A stretch of 64,000 nt of DNA from Patescibacteria group bacterium. Its GTDB lineage: Bacteria; Patescibacteriota; Patescibacteriia; UBA1558; GWA2-36-10. Under the pieces are notes generated by a model, which was not told the origin of the DNA, made no database searches, and worked only from the letters and a program-made list of their open reading frames with translations. Location of the stretch: contig JBAZSG010000005.1 of the NCBI GenBank assembly GCA_041662585.1, positions 4,181 to 68,180 of the forward strand, given 5' to 3'. Shown here in pieces: positions 31,128-41,939 of this stretch; position 1 is the stretch's first letter, and each line of letters begins with the position of its first letter. Both the position numbers and the translations under genes were made by a program.

Positions 31128-32429
31128 TTATATTACCTTTGCTTTTACACCCCAGTCTAGAGCTTGAGTTATTTCTACTTTATAAAATTGACCAACTTTT
31201 AATTTTTGTTTAGTTTCTATGTGTACTGGTAAATAATTTGATAATTTGCCGATATTTATGTAGATATTTTTTTCTTTTTTAACTACATCAATCAATGCTT
31301 CGCGTTCTTGTCCAATGAGCTTTTTATTAAAAGCAAAAGATTGGACAGTTAATTGATCATTCATAGCTTGCCAGCGAGCTTTCTTGATTGTTTTTGATAC
31401 ATCATCTTTTATCATTTTGGCAGCAATAGTACCAACTCTAGATGAATATTGAGATATATACATTAGATTATAGTCCATTTCTTTGACTAGCTTTTTTGTA
31501 TCCGCAAAATCTTTGTCTGTCTCACCACAAAAGCCCACAATAATATCACTAGATAGAGTAATATTAGGCATTAATTTGCGTATTTTTTTTATTAATTTTT
31601 TGTACTGGGCTATTGTATAATGTCTATTCATTTTTTTGAGTATTTCATCAGAACCACATTGGACTGGCAAGTGCAAATAATCATTTAGATTTTTACATTT
31701 GGCCATAGTAGAAATAAGCTCATCACTCATATCATAGGGGTGGCTAGTCAAAAACTTTAACCAAAAATGATCTGATAAATCATCTACTTTTTTGAGTAGC
31801 TCTGGAAAAGAAATTTCTTCGCCATTTACCTTGTCCAAGCCATAGCTATTTACATTTTGACCAAGTAACACTATTTCTTTGTAGCCTTTATCTAAAAGTT
31901 CTTTAATTTCTTTTATTATATTTTCTGAAGGACGGGAAGTTTCACGGCCTCTGGTATAGGGCACTGCACAATAAGAGCAAAATTTGTTGCAACCAGTCAT
32001 GATAGGCACATAGGCACGATAAGTTGATCCGTAGCTAGGCGATATATCAAAAAAATCTGGTAAAGCCAATTTTTCTTCAGGATGGATACTAGCTATATCC
32101 TGAGCTAAATTTTCTAGTTTTTTTATATCAATAAATAAATCAAATTTGTGAGCTAGCTTTTTTTTATCAGAATCTAAAACACAACCAGAAAGTATGGTAA
32201 TCAGTGGTCTGGTTTCTTTGGTGAGTTGCCAGTGGTGTACTTTGCTGTAGATTCTATCTACTGCTGCCTGCTTGACGGAGCAAGCTACTATGACTATCAG
32301 ATCAGCTTCTGCTTCATTTTTTGTTTCGCTATAGCCTATTTTTTTTAGCACAGTAGCTAGTCTCTCACCGTCAGATGAATTCATTTGACAACCAAATATA
32401 ATAAGATGAAATTTTTTATTTTTTATCAT
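31128..32429 (-). CDS. miaB: tRNA methylthiotransferase MiaB
   Basis: GCQMN, CNKFCSYC.VPYTRG, LLGQNVN, DIIVGF.GET; adjacent to miaA. Confidence 0.92.
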   Translation of the reverse strand: MIKNKKFHLIIFGCQMNSSDGERLATVLKKIGYSETKNEAEADLIVIVACSVKQAAVDRIYSKVHHWQLTKETRPLITILSGCVLDSDKKKLAHKFDLFIDIKKLENLAQDIASIHPEEKLALPDFFDISPSYGSTYRAYVPIMTGCNKFCSYCAVPYTRGRETSRPSENIIKEIKELLDKGYKEIVLLGQNVNSYGLDKVNGEEISFPELLKKVDDLSDHFWLKFLTSHPYDMSDELISTMAKCKNLNDYLHLPVQCGSDEILKKMNRHYTIAQYKKLIKKIRKLMPNITLSSDIIVGFCGETDKDFADTKKLVKEMDYNLMYISQYSSRVGTIAAKMIKDDVSKTIKKARWQAMNDQLTVQSFAFNKKLIGQEREALIDVVKKEKNIYINIGKLSNYLPVHIETKQKLKVGQFYKVEITQALDWGVKAKVI

Positions 32430-32500
32430 AGCTGATATTGTAGACTTTTTTTTAAAGCTAGTCAAAAACAGCCCAATTATTAGGGCTGTTAGGTATCGTA

Positions 32501-33715
32501 TTAATTATTTTTTATTTCAATTTGTCTTTGTTGGATTTGTCTTTTTAATACAGGGTTGTCTTCTATATTTTGTTCCAAAATTCTTAGTTTAGCTGGATCT
32601 GTAGTAGCTTGAATTCTAGCCTTGATTCCTTGAGTTTGAATTTCTAAAAGATTTTTTATTTCATCTTTATTTTCAGGAGTGTCTAGAGTTTTTAGAAATT
32701 CAAGATTTATGGGGTGGCTATTTAGTTTGTCTTCAAATTGATTTAAAAATCTTTTTTGTTCTTCTTCGTTTAAGCTTTGAAATCTATTGCGCAGGGCATT
32801 AGAATAGGTATTTAGTATATTGTTGGCTTTTTCTCTAATAGAAGCTGGTAATTTTTCGCTATCTTTTAAATTACTAATAAATCTTTGTTTGGTGAGCTCA
32901 GGAATTTTTATATTATTTATATATTTTTCCAATTTTTCTCTATCAGTATTATCAATATTTTCCAATTTTTCGGCCAGTCTTTCCTCAGCTCGGAGTCTAG
33001 CAGCTTCTATTTTGCCTCTAGCTTCTTCTGGAAGAGTATTACTCAATTCTTCTAAAGTAGCTATATTTTTAAGTTGCCTAAATTTACTACCAACATTATT
33101 GTCATCAACAGCTTCTTCTAACCTTTTCTGTAAATTTTCTTTATTAGTATTATACCAGCGTAGAGCAGTGGCATGTTTAATATTTTCTAATTTTTCTAAG
33201 TCCGTTTGAGAAATTTTGTTTCGTAATTTTTCAGTTACAGTAGATAATACTTGTTGATGTTTTAATTGGTTAGCGTCAAATTTTTCTAATAACCTTTCTT
33301 TTAACTCTGGATTTTCTTCTAAGCGAATAGCTATTTTTTCTCTCGCCTGCTCATATCTTTTTAATGCTTCTTCTACTCTGCTAGCAGCATTAGCCGTTCC
33401 TATTTCTGATAGCTTCTGAGCTTCTATTAATCTACGATTAGATATCTCTTCTAGCTTGGCTATTTTTTCTTCTGATTTAAAAGTAAAAAACAGGTTAATA
33501 TTTTCCTTAAATAATTGCCAATTGTATTTGAATTCTCCTGGTAGAGCACTAGGATTTTCTATGCCAAAACTTTTAGCGTTTATTTCATCTGTTTCAAATT
33601 CTAGTAAAGCATTGGCAAGTTCTTCGGAGTTTGTAGTTTGAGCTTTTACATTTGTAAATACAAAACTAGCAAAGATTAGGATGATAATCAAGCTAAATGT
33701 TTTTAATAATTTCAT
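32501..33715 (-). CDS. Secreted helical protein, DUF5667-like
   Basis: Signal peptide; LPG...Y..QLFKENINLFFTF...RRLIEA; coiled-coil. Confidence 0.65.
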   Translation of the reverse strand: MKLLKTFSLIIILIFASFVFTNVKAQTTNSEELANALLEFETDEINAKSFGIENPSALPGEFKYNWQLFKENINLFFTFKSEEKIAKLEEISNRRLIEAQKLSEIGTANAASRVEEALKRYEQAREKIAIRLEENPELKERLLEKFDANQLKHQQVLSTVTEKLRNKISQTDLEKLENIKHATALRWYNTNKENLQKRLEEAVDDNNVGSKFRQLKNIATLEELSNTLPEEARGKIEAARLRAEERLAEKLENIDNTDREKLEKYINNIKIPELTKQRFISNLKDSEKLPASIREKANNILNTYSNALRNRFQSLNEEEQKRFLNQFEDKLNSHPINLEFLKTLDTPENKDEIKNLLEIQTQGIKARIQATTDPAKLRILEQNIEDNPVLKRQIQQRQIEIKNN

Positions 33716-33774
33716 GATAATTTTATTAAGTATTAGCTATAATTATTATAGCATTTTATAGCTTTTTATAACAA

Positions 33775-35517
33775 TTATAAACTACGATTTTTAATATCGT
33801 TTTTTATTTTGGTTATAAATTCTGTTTGAGAAATATTTAATAAATTTTCTTGTCCACGTACTCTGACTGCTAAATCTTTGGAATTTACTTCTTTGTCACC
33901 AATTACTAGAGTGTAGGGTATTTTTTCTTGAGAGCTTTTTCTTATTTTATTACCTACTGTTTCATCAGAAATATCTAGCTCTACGCGTATATTTTCTTTG
34001 GCAAATTCTTCAGCTAGATTTTGACAATATTTAATATGTCCCTCACCAACAGATATTATTTTTATTTGTACTGGAGAAAGCCAGAGAGGAAAAACGCCAC
34101 CATAATGCTCAATCAATATTCCCAAAAATCTTTCAGGAGAACCAATAATAGCGCGATGGATCATCACTGGATTTTTTTCATGACCATCTTTATCAGTATA
34201 AGTCAATTCAAAACGTTTGGGCATATTAAAATCAAGCTGGATAGTAGATATTTGCCATTCTCTTTTTAAAGCATCTTTGGCAATAATATCCATTTTGGGA
34301 CCATAAAAAGCGGCTTCACCGATAGCTGTTTCGTAGTTTATAGCATTATTTTGGAGGAGTTTTTCCAGTAGCTGCTGAGATTTTTCCCAGATTGTCGCGT
34401 CACCGAGATATTTTTCTTTGTGTTCAGGATCCCACAGAGATAATCTGACAAAATAGTTTAGGTCGTATATTTTTAAAGCTTTGTGTATAATACCCAAGAT
34501 ATTTTTAAATTCAGATTCTATTTGATCTTCTCTACAAAAACTATGACCGTCATCCTGAGAAAAACATCTCAGTCTGGTCAAGCCTGATAATTCTCCAGGT
34601 TTTTCATCTCGAAATAAATTGGCAAAATCAGCATAGCGTATCGGCAGATCGCGATAGCTTCTTTTGCGAGATGCATATATTTGAGTATGTTGAGGACAGT
34701 TCATTGGCTTGAGAAAAAATTCTTCTTTACTGTAATGAGAAGTAGCCGATATCATATCATCTTTGAATTTATCATAATGTCCAGAAATTTTGAAAAGTTC
34801 AGCTTTATTTATTTGTGGAGAGTGTACTTCAGAAAAACCAATGGTTTTTTGTAGTTCATTTGAGAAGTTAATAATTTCTTTTCTCATAGTAGTGCCTTTA
34901 GGAGTATAGAGTGGCATACCTTGTCCTACTAATTCCGAAAAAGTAAAAAGGTCTAGTTCTTTGCCTAGTTTTCTATGATCACGTTTTTTGGCTTCTTCGA
35001 GCATAGCTAGATATTCATCTAGTTCTTCTTTTGTTTCAAAGGCTACACCATAGATACGAGTGAGCATTTGATTTTTTTCATCACCACGCCAATAAGCTCC
35101 AGCAGTAGCAGTCAGTTTAAAAGCTTTGGCATTTATTTCAGTGCTATATTCTACATGAGGGCCAGCACAAAGATCAGTAAAATTACCAGAAGTGTAATAG
35201 CTTATTTCTTCTGATTTTGGTAAATCATTAATTAACTCAATTTTAAATAATTGATTTTTTGATTTTTGCAAAGCTTCTTCACGAGACACAATATTTTTCT
35301 CAAATTTTATTTTTTGAGATATTATTTTCTTCATTTGTTTTTCTAGCTTTGGTAATTCAGTATCAGATAAATTATCTGGTAATAAAAAATCATAATAAAA
35401 ACCATTATCAATAGTTGGTCCAATGGCTAGTTTGGCATCAGGAAATTTTTGCAAGACAGCCATAGCTAGTATGTGAGACAGTGAGTGACGTTTGGCGTCG
35501 ATGTTTGATTTGTTCAT
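33775..35517 (-). CDS. thrS: Threonine--tRNA ligase (no N-terminal TGS domain)
   Basis: RHSLSH, DLCAGPH, KRDHRKLG, KPMNCP, GLTRLR.F.QDD, HRAI. Confidence 0.97.
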   Translation of the reverse strand: MNKSNIDAKRHSLSHILAMAVLQKFPDAKLAIGPTIDNGFYYDFLLPDNLSDTELPKLEKQMKKIISQKIKFEKNIVSREEALQKSKNQLFKIELINDLPKSEEISYYTSGNFTDLCAGPHVEYSTEINAKAFKLTATAGAYWRGDEKNQMLTRIYGVAFETKEELDEYLAMLEEAKKRDHRKLGKELDLFTFSELVGQGMPLYTPKGTTMRKEIINFSNELQKTIGFSEVHSPQINKAELFKISGHYDKFKDDMISATSHYSKEEFFLKPMNCPQHTQIYASRKRSYRDLPIRYADFANLFRDEKPGELSGLTRLRCFSQDDGHSFCREDQIESEFKNILGIIHKALKIYDLNYFVRLSLWDPEHKEKYLGDATIWEKSQQLLEKLLQNNAINYETAIGEAAFYGPKMDIIAKDALKREWQISTIQLDFNMPKRFELTYTDKDGHEKNPVMIHRAIIGSPERFLGILIEHYGGVFPLWLSPVQIKIISVGEGHIKYCQNLAEEFAKENIRVELDISDETVGNKIRKSSQEKIPYTLVIGDKEVNSKDLAVRVRGQENLLNISQTEFITKIKNDIKNRSL

Positions 35518-35539
35518 ATTTAGACTTATTATTTGGGAT

Positions 35540-35730
35540 AAAAAAACCCAAGACTTATTAAGCCTCGGGACCCTTCTTTGCTAAAGCTACGAAGGGCGGT
35601 TCCACCCAAGTTCTACCCAAAGCTTTAGTTTTGGGTAACACTTTTTAATAATATAGAGATTTAGGCCCTTATTAGGGATTCTGTATATTTACAGAAGAAT
35701 AGTTGGTAGCTATTCCAATCATCTTAGATT
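35540..35730 (-). promoter_or_regulatory. T-box leader of thrS
   Basis: AACTTGGGTGGAACCGC T-box (core 35607-35596); antiterminator closes with GTCCC; terminator 35569-35540 with U7; ACC at 35707-35705; TTGACT/TATAAT promoter 35765-35738. Confidence 0.8.
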
Positions 35731-35790
35731 ATTATTTATTATAGTCTTTTTAGAAAAAAAGTCAAAATATTTTTATAGCTATAAAATATA

Positions 35791-36801
35791 TTATATAACT
35801 TTTCGTATTAAAGACAGGCGACGAATAGTACTAATAAATATCCAACTGAGTAAGAAGCTTATAATAAATACAATCAATGATTTATAAATTGCATGAAGAT
35901 TGAATTCTAATAAATAATATTGTAGCCCAGTTACAAATATATAATGAACAATATATATGCCATAGGCATTAGTATTTAAATTGTCTAGTTTATCGGTATG
36001 TTTTGTCACAAAGCGTAGAAAAGTTGCGCTGACCCCTAGAGTCATAAGAGCTGAAAAAAGAATATTGGTCACAATCATCATTGTTCCCAAGAAATTAAAA
36101 AGATTATAGCCAATAATAAATGTCACTATAGCCAAACTTAAGTATAGCCACCAATTTTTTGTAAGCTTGCTTTGGGAATTAAATATAGTATTTTCAATTC
36201 CATATGCTCCAACTCCAAGGCCAGCAAAAAAATATATTAAATGAAGAATCAAAATCCACTGAGGACCAAATTTAATTATTATTGGTAAATATATAAAGAT
36301 GGAAATTATAAATAAAATAGCAAAAAATATTAGATGATTTTTAAAAATACCAGACGCTTTTATTTTTAATTTGTCATCCAAATGAGGTACTAGTTTATAT
36401 AATATAGCGCTTAATATATCAAAAGTTAATAAGACCCACAAAAACCATAGATGTCCAGCTATACCAATCATACCAAAGCTAGCAGCTATAGAAGTTAGTA
36501 ATAAATATGGGATGCCAAGTTTTATAAATCTGCTATATAAAAATTTTTTTGCTCCTTTACGTTTTAGACTTTGCCAAACAAAAAATCCCGAAATTAAAAA
36601 TAACAGGGACATTGAAAAATTATAATTAAATAATACTATAAATTTAAATCCAAGCCATTGATATTTATCAGTAACTTGGCTCAGCTTTGATAAAGGAGTG
36701 TAAGCAACGATTGAGTGATGGATTAGAGTAAGAAGGATGATAAAACTACGAAGATAATCAAAGGTAATTATTTTGTCTGTTTTAGCTATGATTTTTTGTA
36801 T
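35791..36801 (-). CDS. Acyltransferase family 3 (OpgC/OafA-like); N-terminus lacks a canonical start
   Basis: FDYLRSFIILL..IHH, MSLLFLISGFF, SRFIKLGIP, HLWFL, YGIYIVH; ATA at 36801, first ATG at 36612. Confidence 0.75.
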   Translation of the reverse strand: MQKIIAKTDKIITFDYLRSFIILLTLIHHSIVAYTPLSKLSQVTDKYQWLGFKFIVLFNYNFSMSLLFLISGFFVWQSLKRKGAKKFLYSRFIKLGIPYLLLTSIAASFGMIGIAGHLWFLWVLLTFDILSAILYKLVPHLDDKLKIKASGIFKNHLIFFAILFIISIFIYLPIIIKFGPQWILILHLIYFFAGLGVGAYGIENTIFNSQSKLTKNWWLYLSLAIVTFIIGYNLFNFLGTMMIVTNILFSALMTLGVSATFLRFVTKHTDKLDNLNTNAYGIYIVHYIFVTGLQYYLLEFNLHAIYKSLIVFIISFLLSWIFISTIRRLSLIRKVI

Positions 36802-36817
36802 ACTTTTAAATAAAGAC

Positions 36818-37957
36818 TTATTCTATTATGATATGGTCTTTTAATCTTGGAGTTGTCTTGACCCAGAAAGGAGAAAATTTTATTTCTATTTTTTCGGGAT
36901 TAAATTTTTGAAAATAGTCTCTTAGTCCTTGTTCGTTTAGTCCGACTAGTTCAGATTTATCTATATCCCAATTATTTTCACTAGAAGATATAGTAGTATT
37001 TGTTTTTACTTCTATGATCGCTTCATTTTTTTCTAGATTTATTTCCAAGATATTATAGCTTATTTGATTATTTTCAAAATTTACCAATACTTGTCCACTT
37101 TCCAATTCTTTGGCTAGTTTCTCTTGGGCAACTTTTAGTAAAGATTCTTGATCAAAAATCAAGGCATGAACAGTTATTTTTTGAGTTACTGTAGTTGTTT
37201 CGCTAATATCTCCCACCTGATTACTATCTATATCCTCAAATTCAAGTTTTAATCTATTTTCATCTATAGCCAATTTGTCACCCACCATTTCATTGATAGT
37301 GGCTATACTTTTGGCTATTGCCTCTAGTCTTATTTTTTCTTTGGCTACTGCTATATTTTCTTCTGTGACAGCAAAACCAGGAATACTTTGCAAACTCATA
37401 CCTTCTGTTGTTTCAGCATAAATTTTGTCTTGTAAACCTTCCCAAAGACCAGGAATAATAAAAGTAATAGCACCAGTTACAAATTCTTCACCTTCTTTGT
37501 CAGCTTCTGCCCAAACTTTTACTTGATCGCCAGCAGCTACAGTCACGCCTTCACTAAGTCTAAATAATTTATTGTCAGGCGTTAGTAGGCGAGTAGTTTT
37601 TACTAGGGCTTGATTCTTAGAATAATTATTGTAGATAGTGACATAACCACCAGCTTTGTCGCTACTAGTTGTTTCTTTGCTACTATCTACAGTGGCACTA
37701 AGTTCCAATTCAGTAGTGATTATTTTTCCTAAAATTGTTTCTGTTGATATATCTTCACTATCTTCAGCTTGCATTTCTACCAAAACAGAGGATTCTTTTG
37801 TTTCTAAATTGCTATATATTTTTATTTGTACTTTGGCTAGAGCAAAATGTATTACTACAAATATAGCAATAATAGTCAAAAACAGAAAAAAACTTACCAA
37901 TTTGGAATAAGCGGTGTTTGATTTTCTTTTTGTAGTTTGATTGATTTCCATATTCAA
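36818..37957 (-). CDS. Membrane-anchored protein with baseplate-J-like domain (CPR-typical)
   Basis: Single TM; KAGGYVTIYNN, LVKTTRL, V.ADKEG, PFWVKTTP; family call from memory. Confidence 0.55.
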   Translation of the reverse strand: MNMEINQTTKRKSNTAYSKLVSFFLFLTIIAIFVVIHFALAKVQIKIYSNLETKESSVLVEMQAEDSEDISTETILGKIITTELELSATVDSSKETTSSDKAGGYVTIYNNYSKNQALVKTTRLLTPDNKLFRLSEGVTVAAGDQVKVWAEADKEGEEFVTGAITFIIPGLWEGLQDKIYAETTEGMSLQSIPGFAVTEENIAVAKEKIRLEAIAKSIATINEMVGDKLAIDENRLKLEFEDIDSNQVGDISETTTVTQKITVHALIFDQESLLKVAQEKLAKELESGQVLVNFENNQISYNILEINLEKNEAIIEVKTNTTISSSENNWDIDKSELVGLNEQGLRDYFQKFNPEKIEIKFSPFWVKTTPRLKDHIIIE

Positions 37958-38014
37958 ATAATTAAATATTTATTATAATGAGTATATTATAGCGCATATC
38001 AATATTTTTCACCA

Positions 38015-41000
38015 TTATACTTGATCTTTATTTATTTGCCAGCTATCAGCTCCCAAAAAAGCACTGATTTTTTCTTGTAGGTCTTTGTTGGGCAGTACTT
38101 TTATTTTGGTTTTTATTTTTCTTATTTGACCATTATTTATTTTTAAATATACTGGACTTAATCCCGGACTAGTATCTAAAATAGTTTTTAATTGTTCCAT
38201 TTTTTCTTTATCAAAACCATGTGGTAAAGACAACCACAGCTTTTCTTCAGCTAAATTTTTGGCATCTAGATCATTGAGAGTTGCTGTAGTTATCAATTCG
38301 GCTCTTTCTACCAATATTTTTGTTTGACCATCTTTGTCCGATACCTTTCCTTCTACTATTACTTTGTTTTCATCTTGCCATAGCTGGAAAGTAATGTCCA
38401 ATGTTTTTGGAAAGATGATTATTTCAGTGCTAGCAGTAGAGTCTTCTAGTACTACAAAGAGCATAGCTTGTCCTTTGTGAGTAGTTATTTTGTGAACATT
38501 GGTTACTATGCCAGCTACTTTTACACTTTGACCTTCTTTCTTTTTTAATTTGTCCAAAGTAGTGACATGTTTTTTTAGTATTTTGATATAGGATTTAAAA
38601 GGATGATCAGAAATATATAGACCCATTAATTCTTTTTCCCAAGATAGGCGGGTTTGAATGTCTATATCTTCAAATTCATCTAGTTTTAGAGACAGTGTTG
38701 AAGTGGCCATTGGTAAATCTGCAAAAAGATTGTTTTGACCACTTTTGTGTTCGTTTTGAATTTTTTTGCTAAATTCTAATAAAGCTTGAATATTGCCTAG
38801 AGCTTTACCACGAGAAATCAAAGAATCCAAAGCGCCAGCTTTTATCAAACTTTCTAAAGATTTTTTATTCAAATCTTTATCTTTGATACGAGTGAGCATT
38901 TCTTCTATTGATTTGTAATGGCCATTATTTTTTCTTTCTTGAATAATAGTTTTGGCAATATGATGTCCGACGTTTTTGATAGCATTTAAACCAAAGCGTA
39001 TTTTGCCCAATTTATTTTTAGTAGTACTTTCTACTACCGAAAAATTTGAAAAACTTTCATTTACATCTGGGGCCAATACTTCGATGCCCATTTTTTGGCA
39101 TTCTTTTATTTCAATAGTTACTCGGTCTATATTGTCTTGATCAGCTGTCAGTAGAGCTGCCATAAATGCTTCGGGAAAATTGCTTTTGAGATAGGCTGTT
39201 TGGTAAGCAATCATAGCATAGCAAGCGGCATGAGATCTATTGAAACCGTAGCGAGCAAAAGGTACAATAAATTCCCATATTTTAGTAGCAGTTTTTTTAT
39301 CTATACCATTATCAATCATGCCAGAAATAATTTTTTCTTCTTGTTCATCAAGTAATTTTTTTATTTTTTTACCAACGGCTTTTCTGAGCACATCAGCTTG
39401 ACCATAAGAAAAGCCAGCCAAGTCACGCACAATTCGCATGATTTGTTCTTGATAGATAGCAATGCCATAGGTATTTTTTAAAATTGGTTCTAATTTTGGA
39501 TGGAGGTAGCTTACTTTTTTCTTACCATGTTTTCCAGCAATAAAATCAGGTATAAATTCCATTGGACCAGGACGATAAAGAGAAACCATGGCAATAATAT
39601 CTTCTAATTCAGTTGGTTTTAATTGCTTGAGGTATCTTTTCATACCACCAGACTCTAGCTGAAATACACCAGTGGTATTACCACTTTGAAATAACTCAAA
39701 AGTTTTTTTATCTTCTAGTGGCAAATTGTCTAGATCAATTTTGATGCCTTTGGTTGCTGCTACTATGTCAATGGTTTTTTCTAGTATAGTCAAGTTTTTT
39801 AGTCCCAAAAAATCCATTTTTAATAAGCCCAGATCTTCTACTGGGTGCATAGAATATTGGGAAACGATAGTTTTATCATCACCACTAGCATATTGAAGAG
39901 GAGTATAGTTGGTCAGAGGTTCTTTGGTGATAAGTACAGCACAAGCATGAGTACTTGAGTGACGACACAAACCTTCTAGTTTTTGAGCCATATCCAACAA
40001 GCGTTGAGCTTCTAAATCTTCTTCGTATATTTTTTTGAGCTCATCTACATTGGTCAGAGCATCACCTAGAGAAGTAAACATCGGAATCATTTTGGCCAGT
40101 TGATCACAATAGCCATAGCTATAGCCTAATACACGCCCCACATCTCTGATAGCGGCGCGCGCCGCCATAGTACCAAAGGTGATGATTTGAGATACATGGT
40201 CTTTTCCATACTTATCTTCTACATAGCGGATTACTTCGTCACGTCTAGTATCAGCAAAATCAAGATCAATATCAGGCATTGATATACGCTCAGGATTGAG
40301 AAATCTCTCAAAAATCAAGTCATATTTTAGAGGATCAATATTGGTAATATTGATAAGATAAGAGACTAGTGATCCAGCGGCAGATCCACGACCTGGTCCA
40401 ACAATGATACCTTGGGATTTTGACCAGTTTACAAAGTCTTGAACAATCAAAAAATAAGTAGCATAGCCAGTTTTTTTGATAATAGCTATTTCATAATCAA
40501 GCCTTTCTTGAATATGAGTAGGGATATATTTTTCTTTAAAGCCAAATCTTTTAGCAACTCCTTGAATACAGAGTCTATACAACTCAGCATCAGCATTGGT
40601 ATTGGAAGGTAATTCGTATTCTGGTAATTGTATGACGCCCAATTCTATTTCTACATTACAACGATCAGCTATTTTTTTTGTATTAGCTATAGCTACTTTT
40701 GCTTCTTTACCAAATAATTCCAAAACTCTTGCTTCGGTAATCATAGAATAATCTTCACCAAGATAGTTCATACGACCTTCATCGTTTTTCTTTTGTTTGG
40801 TTTGGATACAAAGCAGTACGTCTTGAGCCTGATCATCATCAGAGTGGACATAGTGAGCATCATTGGTGATGATAAGAGGAATATTGTGTTGAGAGGACAA
40901 TTTTTTATATGCTTCATTTACTGTTTTTTGAGCATCATTGTTTATATGTTGCATTTCCAAAAATAGATTATTATGGCCAAAAATATCCAATAGGATATTT

Positions 41001-41464
41001 ATATTTTCTTCTATTTTGGTATTCTGCCCAGCTAAAATATGTCTAGCTAGTGGACCACCTAGACAAGCAGTGCTAGCAATAAGACCTTTAGAATATTTTT
41101 TTAGAGTTGCCCAATCTATGCGAGGTTTATAATAAAAGCCTTCCAAATGGGCGATAGTAGTGAGTTTTAATAGATTTTTGTAGCCTTCATTGTTTTCGGC
41201 TAGTAGTATGAGATGATATGGTTTTTCTTTATTATTTTTTTCGCTTAGCAATCCTGAAGATACATAAGCCTCTACACCAAGGATTGGTTTGATTTTTGCT
41301 TTTTTACATTTTTGATAAAATTCTATAGCTCCATACATGTTGCCATGATCTGTCAAAGCCAAAGCACTAGCTCCTTGAGCTTTGGCTTCAGCAATCAATT
41401 GATCTGGAGTACCTAAGCCATCCAGCAAACTATAATGAGAATGAGTATGGAGATGAATAAACAT
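38015..41464 (-). CDS. dnaE: DNA polymerase III alpha subunit
   Basis: HLHTHSHYSLLDG PHP domain, GRGSAAGS, PDIDLDF, KMDFLGL, GFNRSH. Confidence 0.98.
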   Translation of the reverse strand: MFIHLHTHSHYSLLDGLGTPDQLIAEAKAQGASALALTDHGNMYGAIEFYQKCKKAKIKPILGVEAYVSSGLLSEKNNKEKPYHLILLAENNEGYKNLLKLTTIAHLEGFYYKPRIDWATLKKYSKGLIASTACLGGPLARHILAGQNTKIEENINILLDIFGHNNLFLEMQHINNDAQKTVNEAYKKLSSQHNIPLIITNDAHYVHSDDDQAQDVLLCIQTKQKKNDEGRMNYLGEDYSMITEARVLELFGKEAKVAIANTKKIADRCNVEIELGVIQLPEYELPSNTNADAELYRLCIQGVAKRFGFKEKYIPTHIQERLDYEIAIIKKTGYATYFLIVQDFVNWSKSQGIIVGPGRGSAAGSLVSYLINITNIDPLKYDLIFERFLNPERISMPDIDLDFADTRRDEVIRYVEDKYGKDHVSQIITFGTMAARAAIRDVGRVLGYSYGYCDQLAKMIPMFTSLGDALTNVDELKKIYEEDLEAQRLLDMAQKLEGLCRHSSTHACAVLITKEPLTNYTPLQYASGDDKTIVSQYSMHPVEDLGLLKMDFLGLKNLTILEKTIDIVAATKGIKIDLDNLPLEDKKTFELFQSGNTTGVFQLESGGMKRYLKQLKPTELEDIIAMVSLYRPGPMEFIPDFIAGKHGKKKVSYLHPKLEPILKNTYGIAIYQEQIMRIVRDLAGFSYGQADVLRKAVGKKIKKLLDEQEEKIISGMIDNGIDKKTATKIWEFIVPFARYGFNRSHAACYAMIAYQTAYLKSNFPEAFMAALLTADQDNIDRVTIEIKECQKMGIEVLAPDVNESFSNFSVVESTTKNKLGKIRFGLNAIKNVGHHIAKTIIQERKNNGHYKSIEEMLTRIKDKDLNKKSLESLIKAGALDSLISRGKALGNIQALLEFSKKIQNEHKSGQNNLFADLPMATSTLSLKLDEFEDIDIQTRLSWEKELMGLYISDHPFKSYIKILKKHVTTLDKLKKKEGQSVKVAGIVTNVHKITTHKGQAMLFVVLEDSTASTEIIIFPKTLDITFQLWQDENKVIVEGKVSDKDGQTKILVERAELITTATLNDLDAKNLAEEKLWLSLPHGFDKEKMEQLKTILDTSPGLSPVYLKINNGQIRKIKTKIKVLPNKDLQEKISAFLGADSWQINKDQV

Positions 41465-41552
41465 GTAAATATTTGTTGATAATAAAACCCGATAACATTT
41501 GTTATGATTTATATATATGTATCGGGATTGTCCCTGAACTCAGGTTTTATTT

Positions 41553-41837
41553 TTATTTTTTATTTTTGCTAGTCTTTTTTTTGTTGACAGTAGCTAGGAT
41601 TGATTGAGCACCCTTTATCATTACAGTCAAAAAGGCAGCAACATTACCAGCTTTAGATTTGAAAGTATTGACTCCTTCATCTATATTTTTGGCTATATTT
41701 TGAGCAATCTGGATAATATCATTAAAGCCTTTGATACTTCTAGTGATTTGATATAGCATCCATGAAAATAGTATAGCTACCATTAATACCGAAGCACCCA
41801 ATAATACATTTAATAAGTCTCTTGATGTTTCCAACAT
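41553..41837 (-). CDS. Small membrane-anchored coiled-coil hypothetical protein
   Basis: TM helix then amphipathic segment. Confidence 0.6.
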   Translation of the reverse strand: MLETSRDLLNVLLGASVLMVAILFSWMLYQITRSIKGFNDIIQIAQNIAKNIDEGVNTFKSKAGNVAAFLTVMIKGAQSILATVNKKKTSKNKK

Positions 41838-41939
41838 TTTTTTATTTTAGTTTTTAAATTCATTATTATTATAACATAGCTCATCTTATCTTGCCAAATA
41901 ATTGGCATAAAGAGCCAAATATTGTATAATTATTATACT

